Notes under the pieces: model-generated
The model's input: the letters and a program-made list of their open reading frames with translations, nothing else
What the model was told of the DNA's origin: nothing
Databases searched by the model: none
Virus record (IMG/VR): IMGVR_UViG_3300044558_000064
Coordinates: 1-26,361 of that record
Source of the DNA: a virus
Taxonomy: Duplodnaviria; Caudoviricetes
DNA: 26,361 nt
Reading direction: 5' to 3' (one strand)
Made by a program: the position numbers and the translations under genes
Part shown: one piece after another, positions 1 to 6,781 of the stretch
Layout of the letters: each line of letters starts with the position of its first letter
Numbering within the stretch: the stretch's first letter is position 1

Positions 1-533
1 CGCTTGTTGTAGAATTTAAAGAGATTCCACTTTTCTATTGCGTCAGATGGGAGGTTCCGCGTTTTACCTCCGTTTGCCTTCGTTGGCCTGCAGGGGATGC
101 AGAAATAGCGGATTAAGTTTTTACCCTCTGTCAGCTTCTGCTCCTTAAGGCCAAGAGCCTCACCAGATTCTTTTAGAGATAACGGAAGCCCAAGGTAGGC
201 AGACCAGATCATGGAGCAGCGCCAGCTCTTTGGATTTAGATACCTGGTAGCAATTCGTTCTGGATAATAGCGGTGCAAAAACTTAGATAAACAAATCCTC
301 TCAAAGTTTGCGTTAAAGGCCCATTTAGAAATCTCATCGTCTGTCAGGGCGTCTAAGATCTCTCTTGGGAGCCTTTCTTTTGCCGCAAGGTCTACGACCT
401 GAACCGGGCTGTCGTCCATGGCGTATCCAAAGAGGAGGATCTCAAAATCAGGAGCCTCTGCATAGCGGTAGACGCCGGACTTATTCAGGTTGATGCTGGA
501 ATAGGTTTCAATATCAATGTGAAGCGTTTTCAT
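1..533 (-). CDS. Phage family A DNA polymerase, N-terminal 3'-5' exonuclease part (runs off the window)
   Basis: Manual translation MKTLHIDIETYSSINLNKSGVYRYAEAPDFEILLFGYA...KWAFNANFERICL; DxE exonuclease motif; SD GAGGTG upstream; follows DUF2815 as is usual in these phages. Not in the ORF track. Confidence 0.9.
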   Translation of the reverse strand, partial: MKTLHIDIETYSSINLNKSGVYRYAEAPDFEILLFGYAMDDSPVQVVDLAAKERLPREILDALTDDEISKWAFNANFERICLSKFLHRYYPERIATRYLNPKSWRCSMIWSAYLGLPLSLKESGEALGLKEQKLTEGKNLIRYFCIPCRPTKANGGKTRNLPSDAIEKWNLFKFYNK

Positions 534-551
534 GTTTTCTCACCTCAGGAT

Positions 552-578
552 AAAAGGCGGCAAGAAAATCTCACCGCC
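552..578 (-). terminator. Intrinsic terminator-like hairpin upstream of the polymerase gene
   Basis: Minus strand GGCGGTGAGA-TTT-TCTTGCCGCC followed by TTTT. Confidence 0.6.
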
Positions 579-588
579 AAAAATAGTC

Positions 589-750
589 TTATTTACAACG
601 TTCTTTCTGCCGAAGAGCTCTTCTTGCTTCTTTTCTTTTGTCCTCCCGGATGGAGTCAAGCAGAAGCTTTATTCCTAGACATGCCCAGGAGAGCAGAAGA
701 AGGCAGAAGCTGAGGACAAGCATCAGGCAGAGAAATGAGGATAAATTCAT
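589..750 (-). CDS. Small single-pass membrane protein (53 aa)
   Basis: MNLSSFLCLMLVLSFCLLLLSWACLGIKLLLDSIREDKRKEARRALRQKERCK; SD AGGAGG; fills the gap between SSB and polymerase. Not in the ORF track. Confidence 0.7.
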   Translation of the reverse strand: MNLSSFLCLMLVLSFCLLLLSWACLGIKLLLDSIREDKRKEARRALRQKERCK

Positions 751-762
751 CGCAAGCCTCCT

Positions 763-1308
763 TTACGCCAGAAAATCATCGTCCGCGCTGTCCAGGGCAG
801 TAAAATCGTCGGCTGCGTTGCTGTGTCCTCCGAGAGGTTCACCGTCACGCACTTTCTGGATGTTCCCTAAGCCGCAGGCGACGCCCTTGTTTCCGTTGGT
901 GTTGAAGGCGTAAAAGGTAATGGAGACTCTCGCGTACACCCCGCTGTAGACTTCGGAGCGGTCCAGAATCGGCTGAACTCTTCCGTCTACGATCTGTGGC
1001 GGCGTCATGCTGTTTGCGTTGATGAAGTAACTTCCAGAGTAAGCAGGATCGTCTTTTTCCGTGTCGCCATCTCTGAGAGGAAGCTTCAGTGCTGCCTTGT
1101 TTGGCTTTTTCCCTCCGAACTTTCCGATGCCTTCTTCGATGGCGGCGTCGACAGCCTTGTTGATTTTTTCAATAGTTTCCTTATCGCCCTTTGAGATGAT
1201 CAGGGAAGTGCTGTATTTTTCTTTTCCTCCGTTGATAGATTTTGGCTCCCACACGTTGGCGTAGGAGAGTCTGACGGTACCGGTTACGACTTTGGTTCTG
1301 TTATTCAT
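763..1308 (-). CDS. DUF2815 family single-stranded DNA-binding protein (T7 gp2.5-like)
   Basis: VRLSYANVWEP, LPLRDGD, VYSGVYAR, GNKGVACGLGNIQK motifs; acidic C-terminal tail ending DDDFLA. Confidence 0.9.
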   Translation of the reverse strand: MNNRTKVVTGTVRLSYANVWEPKSINGGKEKYSTSLIISKGDKETIEKINKAVDAAIEEGIGKFGGKKPNKAALKLPLRDGDTEKDDPAYSGSYFINANSMTPPQIVDGRVQPILDRSEVYSGVYARVSITFYAFNTNGNKGVACGLGNIQKVRDGEPLGGHSNAADDFTALDSADDDFLA

Positions 1309-2456
1309 TTCTTTTCCTCCAATGTTTTAAATTCTTCTTTTGCGTTTGCGATAGTTACTTCCGGGCGTTTATCGGTGCTTGGCACCAGGGTCAGCTTCCC
1401 GGGGGGCTTCGTGATCAGGCTGCCTAAGACATCTTGAAAGGTTTTCTTTCCCATCAGCTTTTCCATCTCAGTGATGGAGATCAGCTTACGGATGTAGATA
1501 TCGTGAAAGCCGGCTTTTTCCGCGGCCTTGATAACGGCGCTTTCGTCCTTGTACTTCCGATTGCTTCTTCCATGAACGAGCTTCCAGTTTTTCCATTTCT
1601 TTCCGTGATGGATTGCCTGATTTAAAGCGTAGGCCGTGATGTCGCCTGCCCATTTTGTAAGCCTTGGAAGAAGGGGCAGGATCTCCTCGATTTCTTCGTC
1701 CGTGAGCTTAGGCGGGAGGGCAAATTCCTTCCTGGCAAGAGAAAGATTGGCTTCTGCTCTGGCCCGGCATTTGACCGCGGCCTTGCAGAAGAGGCACCAG
1801 TCGCCGCAGTGAAAATCCCCATTTCCTTCAATTGCGAGTTTCGCTTTTGGCTTTAGAACTTCTACAGCCCATTTCTTTAGCTCCTTTACCGGTTCAGTCC
1901 AGCTGCTGATGTTTTCCCGCCTTGGCTGAAAGATCGTCATAGAGACTTCCGTAAAGTCGTAGAGATGCTCATAGAGATCAAGTGCGCCAAGGGCATACAG
2001 CTTCATCTGCGGATTCTCCTCAGCCTTAACGACAATGCCTTGGCCGTACTTGAAATCGATGACGTGAAGCCTATTGTCTGACACGATGATGCAGTCCGAG
2101 GTGCCAAAGGAACCGGGGACGTATCTTGTCAGATCTAATTTTGTCTCCACATAGACCTTCGCATCCGGACAGGTCTGTTTCTCTTTCTCCCATTGCTCTA
2201 AAATGTAGTCCCGGTAGTCGTCCGTGCAGCTTTCCATCTCATCAGAATCATAGCTTGATATTGGCCTGCGGCTTCGCATCTTTAAAGCCTTTTTCAGCTT
2301 GTGCTCGGCCAGTGCGTGGGCCGCCGTTCCTTCTGCAGCGGCAGGTGTTTCCCTGTCCGCAAAGGTGAGCTCAAACCTCGGCGCTCTGGTGCAGTGAAGC
2401 CATCTTTCCGCGCTGGAAGGGGAGAGGATGGCGTGGGTTCTAGCTGGCACTTCCAA
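1305..2456 (-). CDS. DUF2800 family Cas4-like PD-(D/E)XK nuclease
   Basis: HAILSPSSAERWLHC, EGTAAH, FGTSD, IDFKYG, QMKLYALG; 1+3 cysteine pattern (WCLFC...C). Confidence 0.9.
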   Translation of the reverse strand: MEVPARTHAILSPSSAERWLHCTRAPRFELTFADRETPAAAEGTAAHALAEHKLKKALKMRSRRPISSYDSDEMESCTDDYRDYILEQWEKEKQTCPDAKVYVETKLDLTRYVPGSFGTSDCIIVSDNRLHVIDFKYGQGIVVKAEENPQMKLYALGALDLYEHLYDFTEVSMTIFQPRRENISSWTEPVKELKKWAVEVLKPKAKLAIEGNGDFHCGDWCLFCKAAVKCRARAEANLSLARKEFALPPKLTDEEIEEILPLLPRLTKWAGDITAYALNQAIHHGKKWKNWKLVHGRSNRKYKDESAVIKAAEKAGFHDIYIRKLISITEMEKLMGKKTFQDVLGSLITKPPGKLTLVPSTDKRPEVTIANAKEEFKTLEEKK

Positions 2457-2727
2457 ACACCTCCGCTTCTTTCAGCATCTCGCTGTAGTGCGAGGGATCG
2501 ATGGCTGAGAGCTTGTCTGCCCCGTAACTTTTGATGAGAGCCCGGACCTTGTCCCCATAGCCTTCCTTTGATTTTGCGGCGAGAACTGCCCGGATGTCCG
2601 AAAGCTGAATCGGATCTTCCGGTTTATCGCTTTCTTCCATCGGCGCATTTACAATCCGCTCTAAGTCGTCTGCAGCTTCCCGGATGTGCTGAATCAAACT
2701 GGTTAAATCGTCTTTTCGGATAATCAT
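2440..2727 (-). CDS. Conserved phage hypothetical protein preceding DUF2800
   Basis: C-terminal LSDIRAVLAAKS...YGADKLSAIDP pattern typical of this position; SD GAAAGGAG. Confidence 0.75.
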   Translation of the reverse strand: MIIRKDDLTSLIQHIREAADDLERIVNAPMEESDKPEDPIQLSDIRAVLAAKSKEGYGDKVRALIKSYGADKLSAIDPSHYSEMLKEAEVFGSAS

Positions 2728-2840
2728 AGTTTCTCCTTTCCTGAGTGTTTGTTTTACCTTACATATCCTCCGTCAAAAGAAAACCCGAAATCCGTACTCG
2801 CAAGAAGAAAAAAGTTTGATCAAAAAAGACAAACCGTGCC

Positions 2841-3053
2841 TGTTCCGGTGAGCCAGTATTCCAGCGGATGTTCTATATAGCTATATATGTTCTATATGTA
2901 TATATGTGTATATATAGGTATATATTTATATAATTATTATTAATAGAATATACTGGAACAATGGAATAAAGAAACCGGGAAGCCTTGAAAACACTGAGGC
3001 GTAAGTCGATCCAGAAAAGGTGATCCAGTGCTTGGCTTACCGGAACTGGAATG
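2841..3053. other. Candidate replication origin: TA-alternating AT-rich tract flanked by inverted TGTTCC/GGAACA-like hexamers
   Basis: AT tract ~2871-2952; TGTTCC 2841, TATTCC 2857, TGTTCT 2869 and 2888 on the left; GGAACA 2955, GGAATA 2963, GGAACT 3042, GGAATG 3048 on the right. Confidence 0.5.
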
Positions 3054-3180
3054 CCTGAAGGTAATCCAGTTGAAGGACGGGAAGCTTCGAGTGGATCGAG
3101 GGAAACTTTAAGTGCAAAATATACGTATACAGAACGTCTCAAACAATGAAAAAAATATATGTGATATGTACAACGAATTA

Positions 3181-3209
3181 TTGTAAATCCTCTATGACCC
3201 TGCTAAAAT
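3181..3209 (+). promoter_or_regulatory. Sigma-A-type promoter of the cargo cassette
   Basis: TTGTAA (3181-3186), 17 bp spacer, extended -10 TGcTAAAAT (3201-3209). Confidence 0.7.
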
Positions 3210-3284
3210 AGGCTTTATCGATTTATTCGAGTTTTGTGCAATGCAATGTTTATTATTTCTATCTTAGATGTTTCTCAATACAGC

Positions 3285-3378
3285 TTGAAAAGGGCAAACT
3301 GATCGTGAGGTCAGGACGCAAAACTATAGGGTCTTATTTTTGAATTTCCAAACAGTAAGATAGCCAGATGCCATTCTT
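3285..3378 (+). ncRNA. Cyclic di-GMP-I (GEMM) riboswitch aptamer
   Basis: GGGCAAAC-tgatc-GTGA-ggtca-GGACGCAAAACTATAGGGTCTTA...TAAGATAGCCAGATGCC matches the class I consensus (GCAAAC, GNRA-capped P2, GACGCAAA, P3 with AGCCAG, GCC); lies in the 5' UTR between promoter and SD. Confidence 0.9.
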
Positions 3379-3414
3379 GTAACGGAAAACATGAATGGAG
3401 GGTACGAAAAAAAT

Positions 3415-3648
3415 ATGAAAAGAAAAAAGTCAAAGATGATGGGGACGGTAGCACTTTCCGTGTTAGTTGCGTCCAGCTTATCGTCTCCTATAGTTGCACT
3501 GGCAGATACAACCAGTTCGGAAACAAAACCGGCTTCTGTCATTACCCAGCAGTCTGCTGCATCTACTTCAGGTAAGTCAGTAGCAGCATCAGGGACCCAA
3601 AATGGGGGGGAACGTTCAGCAAACTCCGCAACAGGGAGAGCAGAATAA
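3415..3648 (+). CDS. 5' segment of secreted surface protein: Sec signal peptide plus Ser/Thr-rich linker (77 aa as sequenced; out of frame with the body after the G7 tract)
   Basis: MKRKKSKMMGTVALSVLVASSLSSPIVALA/DTT: basic n-region, hydrophobic h-region, A-L-A cleavage site; SD GGAGG at 3397-3401. Confidence 0.8.
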   Translation: MKRKKSKMMGTVALSVLVASSLSSPIVALADTTSSETKPASVITQQSAASTSGKSVAASGTQNGGERSANSATGRAE

Positions 3649-5401
3649 GATCGTAGAACCTCCTGTTGATCCAAAAACAACTGCATCAAATAATGTCAAT
3701 GCGGCAGTTCCGTCCGACGATAAACAGGGATCGGATATCTCCTACACGGGCATCCTGTACGGTTTCCTTCCCTTCGATTACACTGCCACAATCAAGAACG
3801 ATGATGTCAATAAGGACAAAACGCTCGGCGATGTGTCTCAGGACTTCAAATACACTAAGTTAGGGAATGAAAAGGCTGGAGACTTTGTCATAAAGGGCGA
3901 TATGTCCATTGATGACGACACCACAAAAGATGCTGCACACGCCGTGGAGAAAGACACTCAGCATAACGTTAAGGCTGACCTCGATGTTTCTGCAATCCAC
4001 ACATCCATTGAAAAATCGGGTATGTTAATCAATAATGCCAATAATGTGTATGTGAACAATCTGGAAACAGGCCTTCGCTCAACATTCAAGTTTAATGACT
4101 TAGACGGCGAGTTCTATGTTCCAACAACACTTGAGGATGCGCAGGCACATTACATTTTGTCTTCTGCCGATGATAGTCCTCTGATCTACCGCATCAACTA
4201 TGCTAACTCCACATTCACTAAGGATAACGTCAGCATCCTCATGGACCTTGATCTGACAAAAATGCCGGAGTTCAAAACAACTTATACGGGCTCGCCATTA
4301 GACACGAATAAGATCCTCTACGGGGACGGAGAAAATGGCACCATGGAGAACTTCAATCATGCTGACACTGATTATGCATACAACACCAGCACCTTTGGTA
4401 ACCTAAAGAAACTCATCACGTCATCAGCCAAAAAGATCAGCCTTTTGCTCAAGGATGTGACGCTCCACTCAGCATCGGGAAATAAAAAGACCACAGAAAC
4501 TGATACACAGACCACGACTACTACGCAGGGCTCAATCGACGGTACGCTTGTCGGCTATATGAAAGCGGATGTCGGCCACAACAGTACCAAGGGTAATGTT
4601 TCTTACGTCTGGGGCGCAATGCAGGATCCTGCTAGTAAGGATGTCAACGCTGCTGACGATAAGGTCATGCTGACCGCGCAGTTTACAGAAACAACCCCAA
4701 AGGAAATCCCTAGTAATCCGGACACTCCGAGCAACCCAGATACTCCGGTTAACCCAGATAATCCGACTATAAACACACCACCTAAGCCGACAAAGCCGGT
4801 AGTAAAGAAGGTTACGGGTGTTCTGCTTCCTAAGGTTATTGCGAAGGGTAAACATAAGCAGACCTTGACATGGACCGCCCTGACAAACGTAGACGGCTAC
4901 TATATTTACACCAATCATTGCGATGAAGGAAAGAAGCTTCATCCATTTAAGAAGGTAGCAGATTATATAGCCTCAAAGGCACGTGTTTACATCAAGAAAA
5001 ACCTGAAGACGTACAATAACTATAAGTACTATGTTGCAGCGTATAAGATCAAGAATGGCAAGAAAGTCATTGTAAAGAACAGTGTTACAGTACACTCTGT
5101 AGCCGGAAACACAAGCGCACGCAGCACGAACGTGAAGTCCGTCAAGGCAAAGAAACATGCGGTTACACTGAAGAAGGGCCAGTCTTACACATTGAAGGCT
5201 TCCATTTCCAAGATCAGCAAAAACCGCGCATTCCTGGATAACACACACTGCGGATTAATCCGTTATCTGGTAAGAGACAGAAAGATCGCGACTGTCGATT
5301 ATAACACCGGAAAGATTAAAGCGAAAAAGGCTGGAAAGACGATCGTATACGTTCTGGGCGTCAACGGAATCCGCGACAAGTGCGTCGTAACGGTTAAATA
5401 A
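3602..5401 (+). CDS. Body of secreted/cell-surface protein: acidic Thr/Asp-rich N-domain, Pro-rich linker, basic fibronectin-III-like and Ig-like (Big_2-type) C-terminal domains
   Basis: Long ORF; PSNPDTPSNPDTPVNPDNP linker; LTW...DGYYIY...YKYYVAAYK (FN3-like); VTLKKGQSYTL...IATVD..GKIKAKKAGKT...CVVTVK (Ig-like group 2). Confidence 0.8.
   Translation: MGGNVQQTPQQGEQNKIVEPPVDPKTTASNNVNAAVPSDDKQGSDISYTGILYGFLPFDYTATIKNDDVNKDKTLGDVSQDFKYTKLGNEKAGDFVIKGDMSIDDDTTKDAAHAVEKDTQHNVKADLDVSAIHTSIEKSGMLINNANNVYVNNLETGLRSTFKFNDLDGEFYVPTTLEDAQAHYILSSADDSPLIYRINYANSTFTKDNVSILMDLDLTKMPEFKTTYTGSPLDTNKILYGDGENGTMENFNHADTDYAYNTSTFGNLKKLITSSAKKISLLLKDVTLHSASGNKKTTETDTQTTTTTQGSIDGTLVGYMKADVGHNSTKGNVSYVWGAMQDPASKDVNAADDKVMLTAQFTETTPKEIPSNPDTPSNPDTPVNPDNPTINTPPKPTKPVVKKVTGVLLPKVIAKGKHKQTLTWTALTNVDGYYIYTNHCDEGKKLHPFKKVADYIASKARVYIKKNLKTYNNYKYYVAAYKIKNGKKVIVKNSVTVHSVAGNTSARSTNVKSVKAKKHAVTLKKGQSYTLKASISKISKNRAFLDNTHCGLIRYLVRDRKIATVDYNTGKIKAKKAGKTIVYVLGVNGIRDKCVVTVK
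3604..3610 (+). repeat. G7 homopolymer at the frame break
   Basis: aatGGGGGGGaac; removing one G joins 3415 to 5401 into a single 661-aa ORF. Confidence 0.85.
4709..4765 (+). repeat. Degenerate 18-bp tandem repeat encoding (P-S/V-N-P-D-T/N)x3 linker
   Basis: cctagtaatccggacact ccgagcaacccagatact ccggttaacccagataat. Confidence 0.8.
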
Positions 5402-5456
5402 CCGGAAAGAATCTCCCTGAAAGGGGAATGGAAAATTTACACATTGCAGTGCAAAG

Positions 5457-5500
5457 GCCTGCAGGGTTCATCCGTTTGGGTGAGCTCTGCAGGCTGTTTT
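5457..5500 (+). terminator. Long hairpin terminator of the cargo gene
   Basis: GCCTGCAGGGTTCATCC-GTTT-GGGTGAGCTCTGCAGGC then TGTTTT. Confidence 0.75.
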
Positions 5501-5502
5501 CG

Positions 5503-5531
5503 TTGTAAATTTCTTAGGCGGATGTTATGAT
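5503..5531 (+). promoter_or_regulatory. Sigma-A-type promoter with no downstream CDS
   Basis: TTGTAA (5503-5508), 17 bp spacer, TGtTATGAT (5523-5531). Confidence 0.65.
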
Positions 5532-5536
5532 ATAGA

Positions 5537-5601
5537 CGGTCCACATGGATACCTCTGTGGGCTCTATCTTTATTTGATTGCCGCCTTCGGGCGGTATTTT
5601 T
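5537..5601 (+). ncRNA. Candidate ~65-nt small RNA (two hairpins)
   Basis: Follows the promoter; stem CCACA/TGTGG with loop TGGATACCTC; ends in CCGCC-TTCG-GGCGG-TATTTTT terminator. Confidence 0.55.
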
Positions 5602-5606
5602 ATGTG

Positions 5607-5650
5607 AAAAAAGCCCACCAGCGTCCCGGCGAGGGGATGCCAGTGGGCTT
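5607..5650 (-). terminator. Intrinsic terminator of the lysis/late operon
   Basis: AAGCCCAC..GCGTCCC/GGGATGC..GTGGGCTT inverted repeat with a T6 run on the minus strand, directly after the endolysin stop. Confidence 0.8.
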
Positions 5651-5653
5651 AGG

Positions 5654-6352
5654 TTACTCTAACAGCTGATTGACTTTTTCCTGCACGGCGGCATAGTCGT
5701 ATCCGGCGACAGTGAGTTTCTGCTTCCGATCAGCTCCGTTACCCCATTTTCCGGCGATGACTTCTTTCGCGATTTCTGTGGTGGATTTCTTGCCGCTGCC
5801 AGAAACCTTAGCGGAGGAACTGCTTGAAGAGGAACTTCCTGTCAGCTTCTCATGAAGCCAAGCCCAGGACTTCGCGGAGATATATCCATTTGGGCAGATC
5901 TTGCCATTGACGTCAAAGTGCCGGATCACATGGGATGCCGGGACGTTGTACTTTCTCATCAAGTGTTTTACGAGAGGCGCAGCGGTTTCAATAGCCGTCG
6001 GCGTTGGCACGACCATCCCGTTTTTCTTGTAGCAGCAGAGCTCAATTCCAATTGAGTTGTAGTTCGTGCAGACGTGAAAGTATGTCGCTCCACGGTTTCC
6101 CTGGTTCATCGCTCTTCCTGTGTCAAGCAGGCCCCCTCCACAGTGCCAGGCGGCTTTGCTCTCCGGGATGCACTGCCAGATCTCACTGTCCACAAAGTAG
6201 TGAGCACTGGCCCTCCGGTTTCCTCCGCAAAAATAAATGCAGTTGTTTTTTGCGGAGCTAACCGCGCCGACATAGTGAATGACGATAAACTTCACGGTCT
6301 GCCCGTAGCGGCTCTCCTGATTGTACTTACTGATTTTCTTATTAATCTTCAT
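5654..6352 (-). CDS. Endolysin: N-acetylmuramoyl-L-alanine amidase (Amidase_2) with C-terminal CW_7 (Cpl-7) binding repeat
   Basis: FIVIHY, ASAHYFVD, AWHCG, NSIGIELC, VIRHFDV.GKICP; Ser linker; EIAKEVIAGKWGNGADRK...AGYDYAAVQEKVN. Confidence 0.93.
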   Translation of the reverse strand: MKINKKISKYNQESRYGQTVKFIVIHYVGAVSSAKNNCIYFCGGNRRASAHYFVDSEIWQCIPESKAAWHCGGGLLDTGRAMNQGNRGATYFHVCTNYNSIGIELCCYKKNGMVVPTPTAIETAAPLVKHLMRKYNVPASHVIRHFDVNGKICPNGYISAKSWAWLHEKLTGSSSSSSSSAKVSGSGKKSTTEIAKEVIAGKWGNGADRKQKLTVAGYDYAAVQEKVNQLLE

Positions 6353-6767
6353 TCTTTACACCATCTCTTTCTGCTTCATCGTGAAGCTGTTCTAACACGG
6401 CTTTGAGTTTACTTGGAATCGGAAGACCAAGCCGGCCTGCGTTTTCCAAAAGACTGATTCCTTCGTTACTGAGATAAAAGAAAATGACCGCAGTCCGAAC
6501 GACTCCGGCCTTTCCAAGAACGTGAAGGTCTACGATGTTGGCGACTCCGACCAGAAGAAAGATCAGCGCCTTTCGTGCGATTCCCTTAAATCCCACATTA
6601 CTGGAAAGCTTCCTGTCTGCGATTGCGCTCATGACTCCTGTGATGTAATCGCAGACAACAAAGACGATGAGTGCGTAAAGCGGCCCGTCGCAGCCGCCAA
6701 GGTAGTATCCAATCCATCCGCCTAAGACGGCGAAGATCGTTTTTATTACTGCCCAGAATTCTTTCAT
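6342..6767 (-). CDS. Holin (toxin secretion/phage lysis holin family)
   Basis: DYITGV, LSSNVGFKGIARK, FYLSNEGISLLENAGRLGLPIP; start moved to MKEFW with SD AAAGGAGG. Confidence 0.92.
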   Translation of the reverse strand: MKEFWAVIKTIFAVLGGWIGYYLGGCDGPLYALIVFVVCDYITGVMSAIADRKLSSNVGFKGIARKALIFLLVGVANIVDLHVLGKAGVVRTAVIFFYLSNEGISLLENAGRLGLPIPSKLKAVLEQLHDEAERDGVKNED

Positions 6768-6781
6768 GGCTTCCTCCTTTC

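Noticed and set aside
1305-2456. Cas4-like nuclease as a sign of a CRISPR-Cas system
   Set aside because: It sits in the standard DUF2800-DUF2815-PolA phage context; I saw no array or other cas genes.
2873-3142. 89-aa minus-strand ORF
   Set aside because: Its Y/I-rich end is simply the translation of the TA tract; no convincing SD.
5433-5512. AAATTTACA/TGTAAATTT inverted repeat as the ends of a MITE
   Set aside because: Only 9 bp and AT-rich, with no target duplication or second copy seen.
5514-5555. 10-aa minus-strand peptide MWTVYIITSA behind GAGGT
   Set aside because: SD spacing is only 4 nt, it lies downstream of the lysis terminator, and it has no evident promoter; better explained as the antisense of the candidate sRNA.
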